A stretch of DNA of 53,909 nt, filler included, from Catajapyx aquilonaris (Eukaryota): NCBI GenBank assembly GCA_000934665.2. It is 2 parts of 2 records of this genome, joined end to end, with 100 filler letters (N's around TTAATTAATTAA, not from the genome) between each part and the next. Parts side by side here need not be neighbours in the genome. Positions count along the whole stretch, not along the records: positions 27,042 to 53,909 come from KZ539291.1; 1 more part is not named here. One strand, given 5' to 3'. The notes beneath the pieces were generated by a model. The model saw nothing but the letters and a program-made list of their open reading frames with translations. It was not told the DNA's origin and did not search any database. Positions 36,494-49,700 of this stretch are shown here, piece after piece (within the stretch, counting starts at the first letter, position 1; each line of letters starts with the position of its first letter). The position numbers were made by a program, and so were the translations under genes.

Positions 36494-36610
36494 ATGGAAT
36501 AAGTATTTCCACATGGTACATTTTGAAGGTCTTTTTAAGATTTATTGTGTTTCGTATTAAATGAAAATGTTCAATAAATTGCTCCATGCCCATCATTCTT
36601 GTTTTTGAAC

Positions 36611-38345
36611 TCACACAGTAATGTTGTCGTCCACTTCAAATTCCTTACCTGAAAAATTGTACATTTATTTTAATCAAGGTTGTCATTTTGTGACTCATTG
36701 AAACAAATCTGGCCGGATTTCCCTGCACAGTTATTATTTAATTGCGGGTTATGCCAGCCATAAAGAATGAGTGCAATCCACCTGGATTTGTTTTATTGAA
36801 TTCAATGTTCCTTGACCTAGCTGAATCAAATACAGGCAGCCCCTGACTTATGTAAATAGATCGTTTAGTAGGTACATCAGTTGAAGTGGAATCAGTGGAA
36901 ATCGGGGTTTGCCTGTATTTTGAAGTACATTCAAACTGGGCAATCGGAACTGCCATCTTTTCTTACAAGCAAAGTTTCATCCAATATATTGCTTGAAGGG
37001 CATATGTAAGTTCAATCTGAGGGACTTTTTGAAGGATGAGGACAGGGATGCCCAGTGCAGATCTCTTAATGAGTTCAGTATTTTATAAGGTCGGAAATGT
37101 ACTTACTAATGACATGAATGATTTGAGTTGCAGAATTCTTTTCTTGCATATGAGTAGTAAGGGTGCAGGTGTAACTTCCCGAGTTGGCCATTGAGGCATT
37201 TGTAATGCTGAGCACACGAGTTGCTTGTACGCATGCATTCTTTGCCACAGTTTTTTTTTCCAACTTTGGATCACCTACAGTGATGCCATCTTCAGTTGGA
37301 ATTGCCCATTCCAGGGTGAAAATGTCCCCCATATCCATTGTGACAGTGCAAGTCAGTGTGAAATTTTGGCCCTGAACTGCCAAGGAATCGACGCTTGAAG
37401 TAATATGTGGTTTTGGGGGTGACTTCAGTTGACCTGAAATGACCAGGTATTGAATTCTGTGGTCAAAGAACAATAATAATCAACACATACGTAGTATCAT
37501 TATTTCCCAAAGACTCGTTTCGACTTTGCTTCCACGAGTTGCAATGCAATCGTAGAGCCCTGTGTGAAGTGCAACTTGTGCGTCAGTAATGGTGAAGCCA
37601 ACTTGAGGGTCATATTTTACCAGAGATGATTCAGGCGATATCTGCGTATGAAGTGGTATGTATTAATTTTGAAGAGTTAACCTCATTCTGAACACATACC
37701 TCCTCTTCACTGTTGAGAACCAAGCTGATATGAACATCTGGGCTTGTCGGCTTGCATGGGATTGTCACTGACTGGTGTTGAGTCGCCAACCGAAAGTTGT
37801 ACGGCTGCGATTGTGTCAACAAATGAGTCTCATCTGAAAAATACATGTCTAGAAAAAGTCAGGCGCTTAAAACGTGTAGTGTTTACCTTGTACGTAGACA
37901 TAAACATGGGCACTTCTGTTGTTGCTATCTAAGCAGGTGTAAAAACCAGTGTCTTCAAAATGTGCTTGCAAGGTCAAATTTGAGCCATGAGGCAGCACAC
38001 TTGAAGGAACAAAGTACGAGTCAATTTCTGCATCTTCCTGAAAATTTAGATGCTGATTGTTATGATCAAGCGTGATGTGGGTTTCCCTACTGATGCAATA
38101 CCTCATTTGCGTAGTTCCAGTGGATTGGCTGCTTTCCGAGACATGTCAGTGTGAGCGTCTGTCCACTTTTGGTGACAATCTGGTTACCATCCTCAGTTAG
38201 GATCACAGGTGCCGCATCTTGTTCTACAGGTAATGCTGGTGGAACATGCCAAAATTAAAACAGATTGCTGATTATGTCTATGGCAATGCGAATACATACC
38301 ACTGGCTAGTGCGAACAAAAAGGCAAGGATTAAAGCCCAAATCAT
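36611..38345 (-). CDS. Secreted PVR/VEGFR-like protein: signal peptide + 3 Ig domains, no TM or kinase (326 aa model)
   Basis: Exons 38345-38300, 38235-38102, 38037-37887, 37833-37700, 37641-37491, 37433-37107 and 36648-36611. All GT-AG, phases consistent, no stops. Signal peptide MIWALILAFLFALAS; Ig2 motifs VTIPCKPTSPDV and YDPQVGF are typical of the VEGFR/PVR family; (D/N).G.Y.C in the Ig domains. The terminal exon is the least certain. Confidence 0.85.
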
Positions 38346-40338
38346 TGTCACGAGCTGAAATGTCAGTGTGAAAGGTATTTGCCTGTTTTTATTGCTTTTA
38401 TAGTTTTGGGGGAGGTGCATGGGAAAAAAAAGGAAGGAGAAAATTGCGCATGTTGAAAGATTATACGCAGAAAGTAGTTATGATTCATTATGGTCATTTT
38501 CGAGTTTCCTGTATGCTTACGTGATGCCTTGGTTTTCCTCTTAAACCCACGATCATATTTGGGAAGTGGTCTGCCAAGTCTTGATATGGGCCAGCAGACT
38601 TTTTGTTGTCTAAAGGTGGTGACTGTTGTTATATAATCAGTACAAAAGATATTGGCTCATTACTGAAACTACATTCATGCAAATTAATTTTGTTGAAACC
38701 TAATTCAGCAGGGTTGTAATTAAGTGTTTGGAGAATTTGTAAGGGCGATGAACATGTTGGTGCTTACTTAACTAGCAACTGGTATGTGCTCTTCGTAGCC
38801 TATGTGTAAAAAATGATGGACATTGGAAATTAATTCATCTTATAATATTATTTTCTCTCAAATGTCTAATACTGTAAATCAGGGTGAATTGAGGATAAAT
38901 TTACCAAGATATGTGGCCTAATGTTATAGGCTTTTTTAAAAAATAAATTGAAAGCTATGAAAATGTGGATTTTGCAGGAGTGAAGGGAAGCAATGGACGT
39001 AATTGGCTTAATGAGAATCCGCTGTTATTTGGCATCATTGTTTGTTGATGCAATCCAGTGTTTAGGCAGATAGCTTAGTATACACACACAGTGGAATTTT
39101 GCAGTTATTGGTGGTTTTTGGTGAGTAATTTGAGATCTCTAAACTTCAAATTGCTGAATTTTGATAATTATTACATTTTTTGTGTGAAAATATACCTGTT
39201 TTTTTGTACCGGCAATGGGAATAGGGAAACGGTTGCAACGTTTTAATTCAACGCCCCTATATTAATAACAATGGTCTTTATTATGTGCCATTAGAAAAGC
39301 ATTGTTGTTATGATAATTTATTGAAATCAAATGGATTTTTGAATTTGAGAAAAGCTTTTTTTTTCTCTCTTTCTTCCTTTTTTTTAAAAGACCTGCAAGA
39401 GTCGGCATGACATTTTGTATAATTTTTGAATAAAATTGCCAAAGGTAATAATTTGCTGCTAGCTTTTTGACGGTGCGCTACATGCAGTTGGCCTAATCAT
39501 CCAACTGGATCAAGCCCCTAATTACGCACCATTTCCAAGCCTTTAATCTACTTTGCACATTGCGTGAGTTGATTTGCTAATAAAATCTACCGGTCCCAAA
39601 TCCACGCTGTGACGTCACCGCAGTGTTGCACATCTGCCCAATACATTTAACATTAAATGTGCTTGCATCAACGCAGGAATGGGTTTAATTAGTAATTTAA
39701 ATACTTTATAAACATGTGTTGGGTTTAAATGTGGTTGTTCCATCCCCGCCCTGGGGCTATTGTCCCTGTTCGTCTGGCAACTGTGTACTTGAAAAATGGC
39801 AGCTGCCGTGTTACTTGTTCGCGGTTAATCCCTCCAGTTGAGGAGAGGCGGGTCCCCCTCGCCTCCTTTTCCGTCCAGTGTGTCTCAGGTGGCTTGCCTC
39901 CGTAGGTACCTCCTTCCCGGCCAAGTGGTGAGTTGAATTCTTGGAACACTAGAATGACTAGAAGTCAGCGTGGGGTTTGAAGGGAGGGCTTCAAACACAA
40001 AAGGTCCTTTCCGTGCATAATGTGTCGGCAAAGACATCTGTACCCACTTGCGCTGTCTTTTAGGCAAACTATTTTTCATTCATGAAGAAGCACATTTTGT
40101 TATGAAATGATCACAGCTGACCTTGACAAACCGCAGTCAAGTAACATGCACCTACTAATTATATGTCTCTGTGGTTGTTTTTTTGTGGTATTTCTTATGT
40201 CAGTTAGATCACTAAGGAGGAAACTAATATGCTGTAATTCGCATATAATTTCCCAAAGATGGCTAAGGACATTTGCAGGGAGATAATTTTGTAGATCTGT
40301 TACATGTCTGACTAAATTGAAATTTTAAAAAGTTACAA

Positions 40339-40808
40339 CAACAATAATAATAATTTATTTATTTGATACCCCGTGCTGGAGCCATTGGCTCCCTTAGGGG
40401 GGTGGTATACCACTATTTTTCCTTACGAATTTTCTTTTGCATTTTTCTCTCCGGTGCAGGGATCAGGATAGGGATTTGTGAGGAGGGGACACTGGTGCAA
40501 GTGTGTTGTCTTTATGTTGGGGGTCGTGTGCAGTCCCCCAGCGGGTCAGGTTGCAAGACAACCCCCTAGGTGCGGGTCAGAAACTCACCACCGACACCGC
40601 AACTCCCCATGGATGGGTCAAGGATAGGAAAGGAAGGGGGCGGCTGTGGCCTATTATTTACGGAAGCGACCCAGGACTTTTTCTGGGAGGACCGTGGGAA
40701 ACCACAAAACCACGGTTAGGATTGCCGGTCCTGGGACTCAAACCCAGCACCTCCCAATTAGCAGTCGGACACCTTATCCACTCCACCAACCTGCTTCGGT
40801 TTGAAACA
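40339..40808 (-). mobile_element. tRNA-derived SINE related to 4888-5243
   Basis: Minus-strand head TGGTGGAGTGG..GACTGCTAAT..GGTTTGAGTCC. Body homologous to the first SINE. AT-rich tail and 12-bp TSD AAAAAGTTACAA (40327-40338, 40809-40820). Confidence 0.88.
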
Positions 40809-43723
40809 AAAAAGTTACAATTATGTACCGTAGTGGGGTATACCTTTCCTTTTCTTCATATGCAGGGGGGTCCAAAATATATGTCTGACTAATATGCCTA
40901 TTGACACTAATCTGCTTATTTTAGCAATTACTTTTGCCTAGTTTTAATGGTTATAATAAGTATTAGCTGCTCATAAATTATGTTACATGTGTCAATCCTT
41001 TATGACAACCAGTCGGCTTTGATTTGAGAATCCATACTACAGTGTACAGAAATTAATTTCATGTAATGCCAGGTTTTGTTTAAGGAGGGCGGAGAGAGAA
41101 TGGGAAAGATCCGAAACATAGATTTTGTTTAGTTTTTACATCCTCACTTTTACTGCAATGCACCTAAATTTGGGCCTTCAAATGGGTTGGTTCACTTTAG
41201 GCAGATGCCACAGTTTTTTTGAAATGGGCTAGACCTAATGGAATCAAAGCAACAATATTTTCTATCTGAATATCTTCTTAGAGGAAAACAAATAAATTCG
41301 TTTTACAGCAAAGGACCTTCAATCGCCTTCAATGTAGAACCTGTTCTTTTTTTTCAGTTTCAGGAAACAGGCCCAACACTTGCTCATTAGCTGCATCATT
41401 ATGTTGCATTGGCAGAGTTCTTTACGATGAGGTTGGCCAGGCTATGACTCACTTAACGTTGTGTTTGGTTACAAGCAGCAACTTGTTTTTACACATGGAG
41501 ACTTAATTTATGATGTTGTGTAGGGGTTGTATCACTTGTAAATTTGTTGTTCAATCACTACCAACTGCTTTTATAGGCAACTCTGAGTTTACATATGCAT
41601 GTATGATAATTATTTAACCTGCTCTGACTGAGTAAAGGTTGTGTTTTGCCTACTACGTCAGTCGTACAGTGCATTAATTTTGTTGTGACTCAATTGTAAC
41701 AAAAAGTGGTAGTATTTTTTCCCAGAAGGTCATTTTTGACAAGGCCGTAGGTATTGCTAAACAATATATGGCTTCCATGTGACGTGTTTCACACAGCTTC
41801 AAAACAGTAAGATTGCTGAAAATAAATTAAGTGGGAATTCTGATTGAGCATAGTTGATTGTTCCATACCTGGGATTAGAAAAAAAAACCGTTGCAAACTG
41901 AAGCGAGATATTCAGGCAGCAGTGAAGGTGGCATTATGATTGAATTCAACTGGATTCATCTGTTATTTACATTGTACCTGATTGTGCTATAAACCTTGTT
42001 ACCAGGTAATGGGAAAAATGGTGGTAAACAAAAGGTGCTGAATGTGTCTTTGTTCTACCGGGAAGGTTTTTTTTCTTGAATTTATTGCAAGACGTTACGG
42101 ATCTGGCGTTACTTTTGGTGAGCGAAGGTCTTTTTAATATAGTATTTGAATTTAAGTGTCACTAGCACATACAAAGTCTGCTTTATTATCCTATAGGGAG
42201 CGATGCACTAAGTTGACACCTCCAACAATGAGACAGGGTAAAACATGATGAGCTACTTTCTGAAGTCTGACATGTGCATTCCGACAGGTATATCCTGGGC
42301 AGTGGAGTGTCTAATCCATCATGTTTTACTCCACCCTGTTATTGGAAGTGGCAAAGTAGGCAGTGCACCACCAGATATATTCAGTAGCATAATCATAGTT
42401 CATAATGATAACCACTGTCCTATAGTTTATGTGTCATGATGATTTTAAAATGCTGGTTATTTATTAACATTGGTTTTGTGGTCCGTCACTTCCTCCGGAT
42501 TTCTCTGAACTGGAAAACGCATCGCCTGACCCACTTATACTGATGTGATATATCTGTGCATATCTACATTTTAACTAGTCGCGAGAGTCACATACCGTAA
42601 TGTTATTTTATGAGTGTTACTAACGCTAGAAAAAGTTGTAGGTGCCCAGCCTTCCACCTATAGCGGAAAGCATTTCATTTGTAGTGTGTTTCTCATGGAA
42701 GAAAACATGTATTACGCTGCTATTGCCCTTGTTGTTTGTCATTGTGCTAGAGTTGTACTCTACCTCGTTTGTTCAAATCAAAATGGATGAAAGCCTCAAA
42801 TAATAACAGCAAAACACGTTGTTTATATTCCGCATGCGACGGACCAGTATTTAATTGATTCGATTTAACCCTCCGTTATGTCACAATGTGAATCACCCTC
42901 CTGGAAATTAACATGCAGCTGCACACGCTTGTTTATCCAGCTCTGCACGAGTCATGGAGAACAAAAATGCATGAATATTCACTACCTCGTAATTTTGTGG
43001 CCGGTGGCGTGCGGATTGAAAAAGAGAAGGTTCATGTATCGAGTGCCAAGCGAACTGGATATACACCAGGGATATAGCTTTTTTTCGTATGATTTTGAAG
43101 AGTGTGCCAATCCTAGGTGCAAAGGTCGTTTCCCCTAGCGAAAATTTATTGAAAAGAGGAGGGGGGGGGGGGGATAATAATTGAACACCATGGAGACCCC
43201 CTCGGTTGCCATGAGTACTAGGCACTCTGAAGACAAACAAATAGGCCCACCTTCGCATCGATGAGCCCAACGTCAATTCACACAATGGGTAGTCCGTTAG
43301 TCGTTGGATTTCTGGAGTGCACGCTGGTCATGTCCAGTACCTCCTGGTTGTCTCCAGTCATTTATTTATTTACATATATGATTGCCTGCAAGTGAGTAAC
43401 CTCAAGGCATATTGCGGCTTTTTTTTATGCTGTCGTGCCCTCTCCTCGGCTTCTTTCTCAAAGAAGTAAAGTTGGGGGAGTAATTGGGCGGAATCATGGG
43501 GCAGGCAGGAAGGAAAAGATCGTTTATAAGCATCGATCAGGGATCGATCTGGCGCGTAATTCGTGGCCGCCACTACTTCAACTGCTGACGTTATTGCCAG
43601 TGTGAGCGAAACTGAAAAAGAAAGGGGGTGTGTGGACACAATTGTTGCCAAAATATATATACACAGTACATATCGGATTTGTGGACAAGTGTGTGCGCGT
43701 GTGTTTCAAGACTTGGGGGAAGT

Positions 43724-46700
43724 ATGGAGTGGTCCTACAATAATAGCAACAGGTAAGCGGGCTTTGAGCGGCACACGTTGAATATCTGAAGAGATGCTGT
43801 GCAAATAATCTCTCCACTCGGAAAAATCTGGGGAAATCCCTACGGGGCTTACTTTTAATGATGTGTGTGTTTTTTTTTAATATAAAAAAAATATTGGAGT
43901 GCTTTTGGCGCGTTGTGAAAAATTCAGGGCAAGAGTAATGAGGAGGGAGGGGCATTAATCAAATGTCGGCTTTTTGACGGAAAGCTGTTTCAAATTGGTG
44001 GGTGGAAAGTATTACAAAATGCATTGAGGAATGGATTTTTGTGAGGAGTTGCGACTGGCTGCTTTTTCCAAACATTTTTGTTCACGCTTGGTGCACTTTG
44101 CATGTACTTACATTGCCAGTGTGTACGTTCCTATAATAGTAGATGCGGGTTCTAAATATATTGCAGAGAGTTTGCCCATGACAGTTAATGGCATCTGAAA
44201 ATGATATAAAAATGCCCCAGTGATCGATAGCGCCCGCCTTGTATAAGTAGCGCAACTGCTTAACATTGAGCTGCATGGAACCGCTATGCTTGTTGGCCGA
44301 GCGATTTTATCGTAATGGCTTGATTCAAAAAGGAAAATCAATGATTCATTGAACATATATTCATATAATTATAGGAAATGCGTGTAAATGCAAATGTACT
44401 TCAAATGAATGGAATCAAATAATGTGGGGTTGGGGGTTTATTTGCACTGAAAAGGTGTGCAGAGCCTGGTTGCATATGGTAAGGTTTTGAACCCCCCCAG
44501 ACACCCACTGAATGCATTAGGGTGGTGGGAGAGAGGAGGGGTGGATACTACATAGAGACGGGGAAGAAAATCGATGGGTAGAATGGGGGGGAGTTGCGAG
44601 GGCAACAACTAACGGAGATGATAAATTAGGCAGCAATTTCCCCCATTTTCCAACGAATGCTATACGAAAGCTCATTGATATCCTCGCAAAATGAAGGAGG
44701 GGCAAAGAAAGAAATATGGAACCAGATATGCACGACCGTAAATTCTATATATTCAGCTAGTAAATTGGCTGGGTTTCATTTGCGAAGTCTAGACCTCTTC
44801 TCTATCCAAGTCCCCCCATAACAACTTTTTAGCATGCTAATGGTGTGCCCTGTGTTGATGCACAAATGCGATAGACTCAGAAGTTCGGTTCTGTTATCAC
44901 ATCTGAGCTGGCGGATATCCTTACGATGAATTTAAATCAGCTTTCCTTTCAACCCAAATGAAGTAAAGCTGCAACTTGTAGTATGTACGGCACTGTTGCT
45001 ATGGCTACGTGATTCAGTCCTGAACTATACAGGATTTGCACTGCCTCTCTTTTTATTTGCGCTCCAATTTGCGAGAGTGCGTAAGTTGGCTCTCGAATGA
45101 CGTCACTGGGAGAAAAAAAAAGGATCGGAGAGCAATGAATATAAATGGGTCATTTTTAAAATTAAACTTCAATTCCTTAAACGGTGGGTTCTAATCAGCT
45201 GGAGGACCCCAGTTGAAGGTCGGTATTAAATCCAATTTGGCATATTCCACTTCAGCATTTATACAAAGTATAGTGTTCTTGCACTGTTATTCGATTGATA
45301 GCTTGATTTTTTTTTTCCTCCAACTTTTGCGTGCTGATTGAAGTTGTGAGGAACGAGCTTTCTTCTTACTAAAGTGTTTGTTAAGATCACCTGAGCCTCG
45401 AGCACGCGATACTATTTTCGTTCAAAATTTGAAGCATTTTTATATACTTACCAAGGGGAAAAGGCGGAAGTCGCTTGTAATTGGAAGAACTTGGCATTGA
45501 GACCCAGTTTTCTGGGTAATATGGAGTACATGGTGGTGTGGGGCTGGCCAAACTACTCTTGTCAAGGAAAATTGAAAGCTGAGGTCAGATATGGTATAAG
45601 TGTGTTTTATTCGTACTTGTGTGATGAATGATGATACTTGAAAAAGATATCTGTAGTTATTTTATTACATATGTATATCGATTGCATGGCAATTATCATT
45701 TCTAAACAACATGATAATTTTTATACATTTCCGCACCAAAACTGTCCGCGGCCCCCCAAGGAAGGAAACTTTCTGCTCCTATTTTGATTACGTTATAAAA
45801 ATTTGCAAAATAATGGAATCGCGACTCATTCTTTGCTTCTGACAGTTGCATCAGTCTTACCTAACTAGAAATTTTAATTAGTACATGCACTTCCTTAAAA
45901 TCTGCAGATTAATTAGGGCCCTTTGGCGGAGCTTTTGGGGGTCTTGGTTTCGAGACTCCTAATGTTTCGTGACTTCCTAAGGGAAACTTTCCGGCCATCC
46001 TACAACTGCTGGAGAAAAGTGAAATTTTACGGGACCATCAGTCGCTAACCATGTCATTCTACCAGCCCAAATTATATAGTGTACTTCATTCATGAGATGA
46101 ATATTTTCCAAAACGACGTTTCAAATATACAGGGCTTGTGTATGGTAACTGTACAGTGTACTGCTAGTTGTGTACAGCAATAACAGGCCATGGCCATGCT
46201 TTCACTATTCGTTCTGTATGTATATACTGTGCATTAATATTGCATACAACGTGTGCTGTACAGGATGGCTCACACTCACAATTACGGCCCGAGTTGTTTA
46301 GCCTACTCCAACTCCAGTATTTAAAGAGAAGCAAGCATGTGATTGTTGCTTCTCATTACACTGGTTGCTGGAGCGAACAGTCGATAACCCCTTACAGGCC
46401 TGGCGGCGCATGTATAGTGAAAACCTGGAATAATTACCTGTGGAAAATATAACATATTGGCATGGAAGAGCCACGGTCGTTTGCAGTAATTGCCATTGTA
46501 CAGCGCCATTAATTACCTGCATGCAAATTAAGCGGCTAAATAGTTTGAAGCACCCTCATTTTCACAAAGAATTTTCGCGCTAGAGGTAAATGCAATCAGG
46601 TCGACTGTAGCACCAGAAGCACTCGAAAAAAACACATAATCCCTTGCTTGGTAATTCTAGGCATGTTTACCACAAGCCTTTGCTTGTTACAATACAGGGT

Positions 46701-49700
46701 GTTTCATAACGATTCAAAGGAGGAGCATCTGAGCCTAAAGGGCATCTCTCTGCATGAATGAGCCTCAGTTTGCATTGCTTTTGTGCAGAGGGTATATATG
46801 GAAAAAAAAATTAGAGCATCTTGATGTCTGAATCATTCAAAACGGTGGGGCGTTGGAAAAGGAAACGGGGCCAAGCAAAGGCTTTCCAGGAAAGAGGGGC
46901 AGTGGTTGCCATTGGCGCCCAGGGAACCATCAACGCAATCGATACGCACTTTGTATTCCGCTCTACTTCTTTTTTTATGCGACATTTTTTTTTTCTGTCT
47001 GGCCCACACGACACTGAGACTGGCATTTTGCAGTGCTTCAACCCAGATGGACTTCACACGTCGATTAGCAAGCGGCCGTGCCAAGCATGGAAAACGCACT
47101 GAAATGAGCTGTTCGCACCCGCGTATGACGCACCGGAAGGCATATGCTTTTTGCACATAAAAAAACAAAACAAAATTGGCGAGGATCCTGTGTGTTGGGA
47201 CAATTTGCTGGGGGTTTTTAGGCTTTGTGTGGTGCTGTCAGAGAGGACATCTCCCGGACAGTGTTCATTCCACAACCTGAATAATGTACTGCACAGGAAC
47301 GTCTGGATTTTTGGGATCGTGCATGATTCATGTGGTGGAACTTTGGCGATTTTTTTGAACCTGTTTTTTTTTTCCATCTCATGAAATTGCAAAAGCCTCG
47401 TTCAAACGAATTCGTTTTATCCCAAAAGTTTCAGGTATAAAGAGCACCCTTTCTATTCTCTTATAAAATACAAGTGGGTCAATCTCTAGACTTGACTGCG
47501 TTGAAATTGGGATTCTTTGGTTCAATTCGTGAGACCTTATGCCCCCACCAGAATTATTAAAACTCTCCAGTATGTACATAGAACTGCCCTCCTAGTAACT
47601 AGATTAGATACTGTAGATTCTGTTTGAGTCGGACTCATTTGGTATTCCTTTTTTCGCGTGTGTTTGTACAGCGTCGGCGGCAGTTGCAGCAGGGCACCGT
47701 GGTCGTCGTCTCCGTCCTCGCCCGTACCTCCGTCCTCGCCAGAAGACATGGACCAAGACTTCGTCAGGGATGGCCTCGGGTCGGGCAGGTCAGCCCAGTT
47801 GCGGCAGCAGAAGCTGGAGCATCAGGTCAGTTGTAGCCACTGATTTGCATTGACATTTTGCTGGGATTTACCACCAGATTTGCATGTTTTCGAGGCAGTT
47901 CCATACTGTTCAGTTTGCTACCTAGCAGGTGCTTTTAGAAATAATCTGAAAAAATTAACAACTGCAACGGACAGATTAATTAGAATCCGCTGCGGATCTT
48001 CAACTAAGCAATCGGCAGGGTCCACATTTTGGCCTATTTTCAGGGAAGGCTATTGAACTATTATGAATTGTGCATTAGTCAGGGGCAGATAGGATCCGGA
48101 ATCGATTGCACCTTTACACGGTGATTCCTTCAGTCTCAAGGCTCATAAGGAAGACTATGAAGGGCCTTTTTGAGGAATATAAACCCCCGCAGAAAGGTTC
48201 AAAAAAGCGATTCCATATGTCTCTTCTTCGTATGATGGATGACTCGAATCTTTGTTCCCGCGAGGAGTTTTTTTTTAAAGGAATTGTGTTTTTGGGAGCC
48301 CGAGGCACAAAGTTTGTCACTTAATCATTTCCGCGGAGTTAGATGAGATATTGGAAATCCGTTGGGCCGTAAACGAATCACCGCAGTTGCAGACTCCATC
48401 CCCCCTCTAGCCGATTCCTATTGGGTCTCATCAACGTTTCGGAGCCAAAATTCAATCGAGTTCTTTGGGCGATGCTCCCAGCGCTATTACCGATGCCGCT
48501 CATCATGAATATTTGATCCAAGTGTGTTTGCCCGACTACAATTTGCATGCCCGGAATAATCTCAATTTAAATGAAAACTGGATTTACTAAGGTGCGCAAG
48601 TAAATCAGTGTAAATGGCACGCACGTTGGTGCGGACAAAGTCCACCAGGGTGCTATAACCATCCATTGAAGTGGGTCCCACCCTCTCTGACCGCTATATA
48701 TATGTCGTCTAATTGTTGAACGGGTCAACACGGACATATTAAGCCGACGGAGAGAATAAGGTGATTAGTATAGTGTGATTACGAAACTGCTGCAGTGCGC
48801 CCTGGCGGTAACGTCACCAGGAACAAGAAAGCCTGAATGGGAAAAGCTGCAGACCTGTGCTTTGGGAATTGCATGCAGACTTGAACAGAGTGGGTGACTG
48901 GAAGGGGGGGTCCCCTCCCCACCGCCTCCCCGGTTCCTACCCCCCTAGGAGAGAGGCGGGGGCGGCGTTTCAGATGAATATCGCAACAGGAGCTTACTAC
49001 CTCCCCCCCCTTTTGCGGACTACGAATAGTGCCACTAGTCAGTTCTGGGAGTCTATGGTAGTCGGGTGCACTCTAGTGATTCACTGCCATGACCTCGCTA
49101 CTTCACGAGTTGAAGATGGACTCTCAGGTATTGTTGCGGCGGATGGCGCTAAATGCAGAGTTTCTTCTCACACTATGTAGCACGAGTGTTTCTAAAATAA
49201 GGGTACAAGGACGCCGGGAGGCTCAATTTTATCGACTGATTATTCGCCCCCCTCCACCTTTGTATTGTATAGTGCAAACATGGCTCAGGCGGGTTGTGCA
49301 ATTTGCATAAGGGTTGGGGCCAACTTATATAGAGGGCCTGGGCGGTTCATAATTTACGTCATTTCATAAATGCCGAGGGGTGGGATCAACTTTGCTCTTT
49401 GCCAGTGTTTGAGAAGAAAATGCCAATATTTTCGCATTTTTCATTGCTGCGGCCTGTGGGTTATTGCTGCGTTTTCGTATACAGTGTATAGCGTGCGATG
49501 ATATTGCGGTTGATATCGTAAAAGCATTGTGCGGCCACTGCTTGTGGGCTGTTCAAGGGAATGCAGTTTTGTCGATTCGATAGAAGGTTTTTTTTTTTTT
49601 TCCGTGGTACAAGGCTATCTCGGACCCCTGGTGGGTTGTAGGATGTTTTTTTTTACAGTGGGTTTTAGGTGGAATGGGTAGGGCTTTGGCTATATTTAAA

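Noticed and set aside
45444..45452. ATACTTACC, the U1 snRNA 5' end
   Set aside because: The following sequence does not follow U1 and no Sm site or stem-loops are evident. At most it is an antisense splice donor.
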